Assembly: GCA_045652625.1 (NCBI GenBank)
Contig: JAZRUR010000033.1
Coordinates: forward strand, 1-60,772
Direction of reading: 5' to 3'
Length of the DNA stretch: 60,772 nucleotides
From: Eubacteriales bacterium
GTDB lineage: Bacteria; Bacillota; Clostridia; Oscillospirales; CAG-382
This document shows, one piece after another, positions 1 through 8,851 of the stretch (the first letter of the stretch is position 1; each line of letters starts with the position of its first letter). The notes under the pieces were generated by a model. That model had not been told where the DNA came from. It saw nothing but the letters and a program-made list of their open reading frames with translations, and searched no databases. The translations under genes and the position numbers were made by a program.

Positions 1-997
1 CGGTTTCTGCGGTGGGAATTTTCGTTTCGGTATCAAACTCGAGCTCGGTGCTGTAATCAACGTTTGCTGAATTGCCGTTATAGAATAATACCGAACCCGT
101 AGTGCCGTCGAACAGCTCATTATATTCCTCGTCAAAGCAGACGCCCCAAACGAGAAGTTTGTAATATCCGCTATCGTAGATTTCGACGGTAAGACTAACG
201 GTAACTTCGGATGTTTCCTCCCCTTCCGTCTCATAATCATAGTAATCCCAGTCGAGCAAAGCATCCTCGGGGAACAATGCTATGGCTCTGTCGATGTATG
301 CCGCATCTTCGTTAGAAATGGTTACTTCAAAAGTATACATTTCATCTTCTTGGAGATAAACGGTAAATCCGTTTGCGTAACCGCTCCATCCTATGTCGGA
401 AATGTCAACGTAAGGAGCATCTTCGGTAACTTCAAATTCAAAAACAACATTTTCCTCTAATTGGGTGTCAAAATCGATGTAGCCGTTTAATTTGTCAACA
501 TCGAAAAGCAAGCCGATTTGGGTGTCGAGCAATTCGACGCCTTCTTCATCTTCGGCATAACCCAAGGCAAGAAGGTTGTAGTAACCGCTTTCATCGGGAG
601 TGTAGCGCAAAGCGATTTGACATTCTTCGCCGTCACTCTGTGCGGTTTCGACCGCGAGGATTTGTTCCTCGGACTGAATATTGTCGGGATAAAGCGCGAT
701 GGCGTTATCGACGTATGCTGCCGAGCTATTATATGCGGCTGTGATGAATAAATAAGGAACGCCTGCCTCGAGGTATACGTGTCTGCCGACAGCATATCCG
801 CTCCAAGTTTCATCGGAGGAAATATCGACCTCGACATACATATCGATGTCGGATATTGTGAACTGCTCCACAGTTGCGAGTTCTAACGCGGTGGCGAAAT
901 CGACGTCAAACACTTCGCTTGCCGCGCTGACCGTCAGAGGAAGTACGCCGAGAACCAAAACGAGCGAGAGAACTAAACTCAATACTCTTTTCATCAT
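1..997 (-). CDS. Secreted acidic protein with tandem ~140-aa internal repeats (3' end runs off window; absent from ORF track)
   Basis: Manual translation from ATG 997 (SD AAAGGG upstream): MMKRVLSLVLSLVLVLGVLPLTVSA|ASEVF..., a Sec-type signal peptide, open to position 2 with no stop. Blocks WSGYA, AAY(V/I)DxAIAL and SGYYxLL each recur. Confidence 0.85.
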   Translation of the reverse strand, partial: MMKRVLSLVLSLVLVLGVLPLTVSAASEVFDVDFATALELATVEQFTISDIDMYVEVDISSDETWSGYAVGRHVYLEAGVPYLFITAAYNSSAAYVDNAIALYPDNIQSEEQILAVETAQSDGEECQIALRYTPDESGYYNLLALGYAEDEEGVELLDTQIGLLFDVDKLNGYIDFDTQLEENVVFEFEVTEDAPYVDISDIGWSGYANGFTVYLQEDEMYTFEVTISNEDAAYIDRAIALFPEDALLDWDYYDYETEGEETSEVTVSLTVEIYDSGYYKLLVWGVCFDEEYNELFDGTTGSVLFYNGNSANVDYSTELEFDTETKIPTAET

Positions 998-1332
998 GAT
1001 TTGTCCCTTTCTTTTTTGTTTTTTTATTCACACGGGCGGCGATTTGATATCACCGTCTATGTTTTTTGATTTTTTATTGCACGGTGTAAGTGCCAATTAC
1101 GATACGTTTAACAAGAACGTAATCGAAAACAAACTGCTTCTACTAATCTTATTATAACAACAACCATTTAATAAATCAAGCACAAATCATGTTATTTTGC
1201 TAACATATTATATATTTAATAACCCATAGTCGGCAATCAGAAGTATAACTTCAGAATCGATTGACGAGTGTAAAAAAACTGCATGGCAAATTGCTATGCT
1301 ATGTTTTTTACAGAAAAGGAAAAATCCTCCGG

Positions 1333-1392
1333 AACTTGTTGACATTTCAACAAGTTTGTGATATAGTCTATACTTGTTGAGATTTCAACAAG
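1333..1392. promoter_or_regulatory. Two palindromic operators CTTGTTGA-N4-TCAACAAG (probable MarR sites)
   Basis: AACTTGTTGA-CATT-TCAACAAGTT at 1333-1356 overlaps the -35. CTTGTTGA-GATT-TCAACAAG at 1373-1392 lies over the predicted start site. Confidence 0.8.
1339..1367 (+). promoter_or_regulatory. Sigma-A promoter of the acyl-CoA synthetase/MarR operon
   Basis: TTGACA (1339-1344), 17-bp spacer, TATAGT (1362-1367) with TG extension. Confidence 0.8.
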
Positions 1393-1471
1393 ACTCATTT
1401 GCTTATCGTGTTTTATCTAATTTATATTTTTGGGCAATAATTTGTCAAAGAGAAAAAGAGGTTAACTATAA

Positions 1472-3175
1472 ATGAATAACGAACAGTTACGTCCTAAAAG
1501 AGAATTTAAAAGTATTCGTCATATAGTAGAATATGCTGCAAAGACCTACGGTAACAGCACTGCATTTTCTTATCGTTTGAAGCCTAATGACAAGGAAAAA
1601 GTCACTGTCAGTTACATTGAGTTCCGTGATGACGTAAGGGCTCTTGCAACCGAAATGCTTTCTCGCAAAATGGAGGGGAAGCATATTGTCGCAATAGGAA
1701 AGATGTCGTATGATTTTGTAGTTACATATTACGCCACTCTTCTTATCGGGGCAGTTCTTGTCCCGCTTGACCGAGATTGGAACTCCACAGAATTGGCAAA
1801 CACAGCGAAAAACGCAGATATCGACTATCTTTTCTGTGATGAAGATCTTTCGGATAAGAGTGAAGGAATCCAACGAATTTGCGATTTGGAATCTCCGACT
1901 GTCTATTTTGGTGCAACGGGAGAACAAGGTCTTTCGGCTATGATAGCGGAAGGGCGACGTAAATATTTAGAAGACAGAAGACCATACTTTGCTGTGGACT
2001 TTGATAATCGTAAACTTTCACTTCTTGTCTATACCTCAGGAACTACCGGAAAAGGTAAGGGCGTCATGCTTTGTACCGATTCCATTATTCGCAACATGTC
2101 TGACGTTGTACCTTACATAGATTTTGAGAAGAAAACCGTTTCGGTTTTACCGCCACATCATACATATGGTTCTACCGTTATGCTCATAGGACATGTAATG
2201 ATAGGAACAGAGGTGTATTTATCCAGCGGTATACGTTATGTGCAAAAGGAACTTGTGATGGAAAGACCAGGCCATCTTGTTTTGGTTCCTCTTTATCTTG
2301 AAACCTTTTATCGAAAAATACAAGCAAATCTTAAGAATCAAGGCAAAGATGCAATGGTAAGCAATATGATAAAACTTGCCAAGGTTACTCGAACTGCAAG
2401 TTTCGGGCTCGTTGATTTAAGAGAAAAACTCTTTGCTCAGATAAGAAACGCTTTTGGCGGAAGAATCAAAACTATTGTAACGGGAGGCGCGCCAATCAAT
2501 CAAGAAATCGTTTCGTTTTTTGAAGGATTGGGAATTTCGATTTTAAACGGATATGGTATCACAGAGTGCTCGCCATTGATTTCAGTCAACAGAAGCCGTA
2601 ATGTTGTAAAAGGCAGTGTCGGAACGGTTCTTGATATGGATGAGGTGAAAATCAGCGAACCGAACGAGGATGGCGAAGGCGAGATTTGCGTCAAAGGACC
2701 TAACGTTATGCTTGGCTATTATAAGGATGAAGAAGCCACTCGCTCCGCGATAGATGACGAGGGATTCTTCAGAACCGGCGACTACGGTAAACTGACTAAG
2801 GATAGAATCCTTTATATTACCGGCAGAAAAAAGAATCTGATTATTCTTTCCAACGGTAAAAATGTATATCCCGAAGAAATCGAAAATGAATTGATTTCTG
2901 TTCCCGGTGTGCAAGATATTATTGTCTATGAAGGGCAAAGCCGCAGAGGAATGCAATATAACGCCATTGTTGCGGAGATTTTTCCTGATAACGATTATAT
3001 TTCCAAAAACGAAATATCCGATGTTAAAGCATATTTGCAGCCGTATATTGAAAAATATAACAGGACTGCAGTTCCGTACAAGAAGATTAATGTGGTAAAG
3101 ATTCGTACAGAAGACTTTCCCAAAAACACTTTGCGAAAAATCATGCGTTTTAAACTCGATATGAGCATTGATTAA
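1472..3175 (+). CDS. Long-chain fatty acid-CoA ligase (AMP-binding family)
   Basis: YTSGTTGKGKG AMP-binding motif, GYGITE, FRTGD, ITGRKKNLI, NVYPEEIE; SD GAGG. Confidence 0.9.
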   Translation: MNNEQLRPKREFKSIRHIVEYAAKTYGNSTAFSYRLKPNDKEKVTVSYIEFRDDVRALATEMLSRKMEGKHIVAIGKMSYDFVVTYYATLLIGAVLVPLDRDWNSTELANTAKNADIDYLFCDEDLSDKSEGIQRICDLESPTVYFGATGEQGLSAMIAEGRRKYLEDRRPYFAVDFDNRKLSLLVYTSGTTGKGKGVMLCTDSIIRNMSDVVPYIDFEKKTVSVLPPHHTYGSTVMLIGHVMIGTEVYLSSGIRYVQKELVMERPGHLVLVPLYLETFYRKIQANLKNQGKDAMVSNMIKLAKVTRTASFGLVDLREKLFAQIRNAFGGRIKTIVTGGAPINQEIVSFFEGLGISILNGYGITECSPLISVNRSRNVVKGSVGTVLDMDEVKISEPNEDGEGEICVKGPNVMLGYYKDEEATRSAIDDEGFFRTGDYGKLTKDRILYITGRKKNLIILSNGKNVYPEEIENELISVPGVQDIIVYEGQSRRGMQYNAIVAEIFPDNDYISKNEISDVKAYLQPYIEKYNRTAVPYKKINVVKIRTEDFPKNTLRKIMRFKLDMSID

Positions 3176-3225
3176 AAACAGAGGGACTTATATCAAAGAA
3201 TCGGTTAAAATAGAGAGGCAATCTT

Positions 3226-3678
3226 ATGCAAGAAAGATTTGAAACATTTACTGTCCTTATTAACAGAATCAGCCGCAATATCAGGAAGATTAAAAATCAA
3301 GAAATGGCAGAATACAATTTGAGAAGCGTTCACGTTTCGTGTCTTTATTATCTTTATTCTGCCAAAGGTGCAACTGCAACAGATCTTTGCGAACGTTGCG
3401 AAGAAGATAAGGCGACAATTTCACGAGCACTCGATTATCTTGAAACGAATGGCTTTTTGACCTGTGAAGCAAAGTGCGCAAAGCGATACAAAAGTCCGCT
3501 TGTACTTACCGACAAAGGTTCGGAGGCGGGAAAAAAGATTGCGGACAAAATCAACGGCGTTCTCGATGCAATTAGCGGCGGTCTTACCGATGAAGAGAGA
3601 ACGGCATTTTATAAAAGTCTTTCTATCATCAGCGACAGTTTAGACGCCGTTTCCAAGAACAGCGAAAACAAGGAGTAA
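3226..3678 (+). CDS. MarR family transcriptional regulator
   Basis: 150 aa with winged-helix pattern DKATISRALDYLETNGF...LTDKG. Confidence 0.85.
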   Translation: MQERFETFTVLINRISRNIRKIKNQEMAEYNLRSVHVSCLYYLYSAKGATATDLCERCEEDKATISRALDYLETNGFLTCEAKCAKRYKSPLVLTDKGSEAGKKIADKINGVLDAISGGLTDEERTAFYKSLSIISDSLDAVSKNSENKE

Positions 3679-3680
3679 TT

Positions 3681-4889
3681 ATGTTTTTCCCAAAAGCAGT
3701 ATTTTGCCGTGTTTTTCAAGCGGCATTCAGAATGGCTATGCCGTTTCTTCCGTACAGAGAACCGGAAATTATTAATTCCTGTGCAGGAATCGAAAAAGTA
3801 TTAACTAAAGAAAACGCGACCTCTGTACTTGTCGTCACCGATAAAGGCATTGTCAACAACGGGTTGTTAAATCCGGTCGAAGAAGTTTTAAAAAAGTGTA
3901 ATATTCCTTATTGTGTTTATGATGACACACTTCCTAACCCTACCGTTATAAATGTAGAAGATGCATTAAAGGTGTATTACGGAAATAACTGTAACGCTAT
4001 TATTGCTATTGGCGGCGGTTCTGCAATGGATTGTGCCAAAGCAGTCGGTGTTCGTGTTGTATATCCCAAAAGAACGGTCAATCAGTTGGGCGGTAAGTTA
4101 AAGGCGTGGCGCAAACTTCCCACGCTGATTGCTATTCCCACTACCGCAGGCACGGGAAGTGAAACCACACTTGCGGCGATGATTACCGATTCCGATACAC
4201 ACCGCAAATATGCAATAATGAGTTTTCCTTTGATTCCTCATTATGCGGTGTTAGATGCAACTTTGACATATTCGTTGCCGCCGCATTTAACTGCAAGTAC
4301 GGGAATGGATGCGCTTACTCATGCGGTCGAAGCCTATATAGGCCGTTCTACAACACAAGAAACAAGAACACTCGCATTGGATGCCACAAAACTTGTGTTT
4401 GAAAATGTTTATGTTGCATATTCTGATGGGAAAAATCACGAGGCAAGAGAAAATATGCTTCATGCGGCATATAAGGCGGGTATCGCTTTTTCAAAATCGT
4501 ACGTTGGATATATCCACGCACTTGCTCATTCACTCGGTGGTTTTTATGGGACCCCTCACGGTCTTGCGAATACAGTTATTATGCCGTATGTACTTGAAAC
4601 TTACGGCGAAAGTGTGTATAAAAAACTTTATGAACTCGGAGTTGCGGCCGGAGTTTGTAACGAAACCGATTCGCACAAAATCGGAGCCGAGAAATTTATA
4701 AACGCAATAAAGAAACTCAACGCGGATATGGGTATTCCCGAAAAATTAACGGGAATAAGAAAAGAAGATGTTCCGTATTTGTCAAAGCACGCCGAAAAGG
4801 AAGCGAATCCTCTTTATCCCGTGCCGAAACTTATGACACGAAAGGAACTTGAAAACTTCTATTATAAATTCGCAGATTGGAGTAACTAA
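3681..4889 (+). CDS. Iron-containing alcohol dehydrogenase
   Basis: GGGSAMDCAK, PTTAGTGSE, DALTHAVE, HALAH, HGLAN metal and NAD motifs. Confidence 0.9.
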   Translation: MFFPKAVFCRVFQAAFRMAMPFLPYREPEIINSCAGIEKVLTKENATSVLVVTDKGIVNNGLLNPVEEVLKKCNIPYCVYDDTLPNPTVINVEDALKVYYGNNCNAIIAIGGGSAMDCAKAVGVRVVYPKRTVNQLGGKLKAWRKLPTLIAIPTTAGTGSETTLAAMITDSDTHRKYAIMSFPLIPHYAVLDATLTYSLPPHLTASTGMDALTHAVEAYIGRSTTQETRTLALDATKLVFENVYVAYSDGKNHEARENMLHAAYKAGIAFSKSYVGYIHALAHSLGGFYGTPHGLANTVIMPYVLETYGESVYKKLYELGVAAGVCNETDSHKIGAEKFINAIKKLNADMGIPEKLTGIRKEDVPYLSKHAEKEANPLYPVPKLMTRKELENFYYKFADWSN

Positions 4890-4890
4890 A

Positions 4891-6273
4891 ATGACAAGCG
4901 AACAAATATCAATTTTGCTCGAAAATCAAAGAAAGTATTATAAAAGCGGCGTAACTATTCCGGTCAAGTTTCGCATTGAGCAACTCAAAAAACTTTACGC
5001 AACCGTCAAGAAATACGAAACCGAGGTCAACGATGCGTTGAAATCTGACCTCGGCAAAAGCCATTATGAAGGTTTTATGTGCGAAAGCGGACTCGTGCTT
5101 TCTGAAATTTCTTATATGATTCGCCATACAAAGCGTTTTGCAAAAAGAAAAACCGTTGCCACTCCGATAACTAACTTTGCATCACACAGTTATAAGCAAC
5201 CGGTGCCGTATGGGAACACGCTCATTATGAGTCCGTGGAATTATCCTTTTCTCTTAACGCTCGACCCTTTGGCAGACGCCATTGCCGCAGGTAATACCGC
5301 TGTTGTAAAACCAAGTGCATATTCTCCCGCAACAAGTAAGGTTATAGAGAAAATCATCACCGAGTGTTTTGCGCCCGAATACGTTGCCGTTGTAACAGGC
5401 GGCAGAGCCGAAAACGCCGCATTATTGGAACAGAAATTTGATTTTATATTCTTTACCGGAAGTCAAACTGTGGGAAAAGAGGTGCTTCGTCATGCGTCAG
5501 AGCATCTAACTCCAACCGTTCTTGAACTTGGCGGAAAAAGCCCGTGTATCGTGGATAAAAGCGCAAACATCAAACTCGCCGCAAAACGTATTGTGTTCGG
5601 CAAATATCTTAACTGCGGACAAACCTGCGTTGCGCCCGATTATATTCTTTGTGAGAAAAGCATCAAGGACGAATTCGTAGCCGAAGTTGTAAAGCAGATT
5701 AAAAAGCAGTATGGCGAAAATCCGCTTGCAAACAAAGATTACGGTAAAATCATCAATGAAAAGCACTTCAACCGTCTTTGTTCTCTGATTGATAAAAATA
5801 AAGTTGTCATCGGAGGTGAGGTTAATGCTAATACCTGCCAAATCGCACCGACCGTTATGGATAACGTAATCGAAGCAGATGCAGTTATGGGTGAGGAAAT
5901 ATTTGGCCCCATTATGCCGATTCTGACCTTTGATAATTTTGATTCTCTAATTGACGAACTCAAAGGGAAAGATAAACCGTTAGCGCTTTATATTTTTTCA
6001 AGCGACAAGAAACGTATCAAACGTGTCACAACCGAACTTTCTTACGGTGGTGGCTGCATCAACGATGTGGTTGTGCATCTTGCAACAAGCGAAATGGGCT
6101 TTGGCGGTGTTGGCGAAAGCGGTATGGGTTCGTATCACGGTAAAGACGGGTTTGAGGCATTTTCGCATTATAAATCTGTTATGGATAAGAAAACATGGCT
6201 GGATTTGCCGATGCGTTATCAGCCGTACAAGAGCAAACTTTACGAAACACTTTTACACATTTTCTTGAGGTGA
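4891..6273 (+). CDS. Aldehyde dehydrogenase (ALDH3/fatty-aldehyde dehydrogenase-like)
   Basis: PWNYP, FTGS, LELGGKSP, GQTCVAPDY, EEIFGP, FGGVGESGMGSYHG. Start set at ATG 4891 (SD GGAG), 1 nt after the ADH stop. Confidence 0.9.
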   Translation: MTSEQISILLENQRKYYKSGVTIPVKFRIEQLKKLYATVKKYETEVNDALKSDLGKSHYEGFMCESGLVLSEISYMIRHTKRFAKRKTVATPITNFASHSYKQPVPYGNTLIMSPWNYPFLLTLDPLADAIAAGNTAVVKPSAYSPATSKVIEKIITECFAPEYVAVVTGGRAENAALLEQKFDFIFFTGSQTVGKEVLRHASEHLTPTVLELGGKSPCIVDKSANIKLAAKRIVFGKYLNCGQTCVAPDYILCEKSIKDEFVAEVVKQIKKQYGENPLANKDYGKIINEKHFNRLCSLIDKNKVVIGGEVNANTCQIAPTVMDNVIEADAVMGEEIFGPIMPILTFDNFDSLIDELKGKDKPLALYIFSSDKKRIKRVTTELSYGGGCINDVVVHLATSEMGFGGVGESGMGSYHGKDGFEAFSHYKSVMDKKTWLDLPMRYQPYKSKLYETLLHIFLR

Positions 6274-6278
6274 ACAAA

Positions 6279-6962
6279 ATGAAAAATAAAATTATGCTTG
6301 CGGTAAATACCATAATTATTTCCGCAATCTTCATCTTGAATTATTTTTATCAAAGCAATGGTTTTGATTTTACACTAAAGTGTATATGTAGCGGAAGTTT
6401 TGCTTTGCTCGGCATCATAAACCTTTGTTACGCTGTGAAAACAAAACAAAGCGACAAGAAATTCTATATAGGAATGGTTTTGGGATTGATTTTGGCGTTC
6501 CTCGGTGATGTATTGATTGGTTACGATTTCATCGTTGGCGCGGCAACTTTTGCGGTTGGTCATATCTTCTTTGTAATTGCATACTGCTTTATGCAGAGGA
6601 TGCAGAAACTTGACTATATATTTGGCGGCACGTTATTTCTCGGTTGCTTGATATTTTTGCTGTTCTGTCCGCTTCTCAACTTTGATGTGGCAATTTTCCG
6701 CATTGTATGTATCGTATATGCCTTGATTATTTCCACAATGCTTGGCAAAGCACTTGGTAACTTTATTCGCGAAAAAAATCTTCTAAACGGAACGATTGCT
6801 GTGGCAAGTGCATTGTTCTTTTTCTCGGATTTAATGTTGGTGTTCGACAGTTTCATCGGTCTTTGGAACTGGGCGGATAATGCTTGCATGGGAACCTACT
6901 ATCCGGCATTGTGCTTCTTGGCACTTTCGATGTGTATTAAGTCTATAAAAAATAACAAATGA
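6279..6962 (+). CDS. YhhN/TMEM86 family membrane protein (lysoplasmalogenase-like)
   Basis: Multi-TM protein with LAFLGDVL...FAVGHIFF, FFFSDLML and a C-terminal TYY, the conserved D/H pattern of YhhN. Start set at ATG 6279 (SD GAGG). Confidence 0.7.
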   Translation: MKNKIMLAVNTIIISAIFILNYFYQSNGFDFTLKCICSGSFALLGIINLCYAVKTKQSDKKFYIGMVLGLILAFLGDVLIGYDFIVGAATFAVGHIFFVIAYCFMQRMQKLDYIFGGTLFLGCLIFLLFCPLLNFDVAIFRIVCIVYALIISTMLGKALGNFIREKNLLNGTIAVASALFFFSDLMLVFDSFIGLWNWADNACMGTYYPALCFLALSMCIKSIKNNK

Positions 6963-7040
6963 ACATTGCAATCCTCGTAATTTCTTTGCATCATTGGGGG
7001 GCAATCTATATAGAATCCCATTTTATCAAACAGTTTTAAT

Positions 7041-7105
7041 GCCGATATCTAAATCGGCGCAACCTGCCAAAATAAAAACAGCACCGAAAGGTGCTGTTTT
7101 TCGTT
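7041..7105 (+). repeat. 65-bp direct repeat, copy 1 (contains terminator hairpin 7074-7101)
   Basis: GCCGATATCTAAATCGGCGCAACCTGCCAAAATAAAAACAGCACCGAAAGGTGCTGTTTTTCGTT, identical to 12632-12696. Confidence 0.95.
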
Positions 7106-7106
7106 T

Positions 7107-7162
7107 TGGTTTTGAGTGTCGGAAGTTTAATCGGTCACGTGTGTGTTATGAGACCGACGAGC
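7107..7162 (-). pseudogene. Degenerate initiator tRNA-Met relic (3' two-thirds)
   Basis: Minus strand GCTCGTCGGTCTCATAAC differs by 1 nt from the typical fMet GCTCGTCGGGCTCATAAC. It ends in ACCA at about the expected distance and is followed by a terminator. T and acceptor stems are decayed. Confidence 0.55.
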
Positions 7163-7171
7163 GTGGCTCGT

Positions 7172-7290
7172 TGGGGAAGCACTCCGAGCGCATCCTGTGG
7201 ATGATACAGCGCGGAATGCTTCCCGCAGCGGTCGGATTTTCACACCGAAGCGGATAAGCGCAGGTGAATGAAAATTCGGGCACCGCAAGG
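7172..7290 (+). mobile_element. Structured non-coding element (two compound hairpins), copy A
   Basis: GGGAAGCA/TGCTTCCC stem with inner CATCC-TGT-GGATG, then GCAGCGGTCG...CACCGCAA. Same architecture as 37455-37565. Confidence 0.55.
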
Positions 7291-7329
7291 CGGCACAGTG
7301 GTATGTATAATAAAAGGAACATTTGGTAC

Positions 7330-7384
7330 TCCTGTCCCCGCAACCAAACGAAAACCTTGAAAACACTACGTTTTCAAGGTTTTC
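7330..7384 (+). other. tRNA-Met 3'-end fragment (possible att core) plus 15-bp inverted repeat
   Basis: TCCTGTCCCCGCAACCA (7330-7346), then GAAAACCTTGAAAAC-ACTAC-GTTTTCAAGGTTTTC (7350-7384). Confidence 0.55.
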
Positions 7385-7867
7385 TCTTTTTGTCCCAAAA
7401 CTCCAACCCCACCCTAAAGATACACTTTTGATCCTATTTTTCCCCCTACGGCGTGTGTTTGATTGACAATTTTAAGACCATTTTTTTGTTTAATATATAC
7501 AATCCGGATGTTCAAAAATCAATTATAGCCGAAAAGAATCGAACTAAAATCGTCCAAAAGGGTTCTTTTCGACTTTAACTTTATTCAATTAGAATTTTGA
7601 TTTCCATTACTCTTAAATGAAAATGCGAACTGCAAATATGTAGTTCGCATTTTTGTATGATGAAATTTATAATAAAACATACTCTCTAATACAGGGAATG
7701 ATAGTAATCAAAACGATTATATGGAATCCAAGACACACATAGAGTAATTGCTTCGGAACGTCATAGTTGTTTTATGACGATAAAAGCATATTTGGCATAG
7801 CGAACTCGTGAGGAAAAGTATCGAACAATATATCAAATATAGGAATTATAAAGACTGTTCAAAGTAC

Positions 7868-7896
7868 TTGACATATCGACGGGGGCGGACTATAAT
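7868..7896 (+). promoter_or_regulatory. Consensus sigma-A promoter of the rml operon
   Basis: TTGACA-17 bp-TATAAT. Confidence 0.85.
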
Positions 7897-7953
7897 TTAT
7901 TTGTAGAATGTTTATTTAAAGATGTGTTAGCGCAAATGAATTGAGGTGTAATT

Positions 7954-8850
7954 ATGAAAGGCATAATTTTAGCAGGTGGGTCAGGAACAAGACTTTATCC
8001 CCTTACAAAAGTCACTTCAAAACAGTTACTCCCCGTTTATGACAAACCTATGATATATTATCCGTTGTCAGTCTTGATGTTGGCAGGGATAAGAGAAATT
8101 TTGGTTATTTCTACGCCTCAGGATATCCCACGTTTTAAGGAACTCTTAGGGGATGGAAGTCGATTTGGGGTTAATTTGAGTTATGCTGTTCAACCCAGTC
8201 CCGACGGACTTGCCCAGGCATTTATTATTGGTGAAGAGTTTATCGGAAATGATTGCGTTGCAATGATTTTGGGCGACAATATTTTCTCGGGTTACGGTTT
8301 AAATAAACGTCTTCGTGCAGCTGTGGAGAACGCAGAAAAAAGTAGCAACGCAACTATTTTTGGGTATTACGTTGATGATCCCGAACGTTTCGGCATCGTC
8401 GAATTCGATAGCACCGGTAAAGCCATCAGTATCGAAGAAAAACCGCAAATCCCTAAATCTAATTATTGTGTTACGGGACTGTATTTCTACGATAATCGCG
8501 TTATAGATTATGCGAAATCCTTGACACCGTCAAAGAGAGGCGAACTTGAGATTACCGATCTCAACAAGATATATCTCGATAACGGTGAATTGAACGTGGA
8601 ATTACTTGGACAAGGTTACACGTGGCTTGATACCGGCACTCACGAAAGTCTGGTTGAAGCCACCAATTTTGTCAAAACAGTTGAAACCCATCAACATAGA
8701 AAAATCGCTTGTCTTGAAGAAATTGCATACCTGAACGGTTGGATTTCGAAAGAGGACGTTATGAATGTTTATGAGGAACTTAAGAAGAATCAGTACGGAC
8801 AATATCTTTTGGACGTTCTTAATGGTAAATATATAGATAGGGGAGATTGA
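7954..8850 (+). CDS. rmlA: Glucose-1-phosphate thymidylyltransferase
   Basis: [39 protein letters not shown]. Confidence 0.97.
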   Translation: MKGIILAGGSGTRLYPLTKVTSKQLLPVYDKPMIYYPLSVLMLAGIREILVISTPQDIPRFKELLGDGSRFGVNLSYAVQPSPDGLAQAFIIGEEFIGNDCVAMILGDNIFSGYGLNKRLRAAVENAEKSSNATIFGYYVDDPERFGIVEFDSTGKAISIEEKPQIPKSNYCVTGLYFYDNRVIDYAKSLTPSKRGELEITDLNKIYLDNGELNVELLGQGYTWLDTGTHESLVEATNFVKTVETHQHRKIACLEEIAYLNGWISKEDVMNVYEELKKNQYGQYLLDVLNGKYIDRGD

Positions 8851-8851
8851 T

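Noticed and set aside
487..1157. ORF-track calls 487-837, 518-751 and 846-1157
   Set aside because: All overlap the better-supported signal-peptide ORF at 1-997 on the minus strand.
7107..7162. Functional tRNA-Met
   Set aside because: The 5' acceptor and D strands are missing, and the anticodon and T stems no longer pair.
6994..7257. Two ORFs (also 12498-12926) sharing the peptide PISKSAQPAKIKTAPKGAVFR
   Set aside because: The shared peptide is just translation through the 65-bp DNA repeat and terminator.
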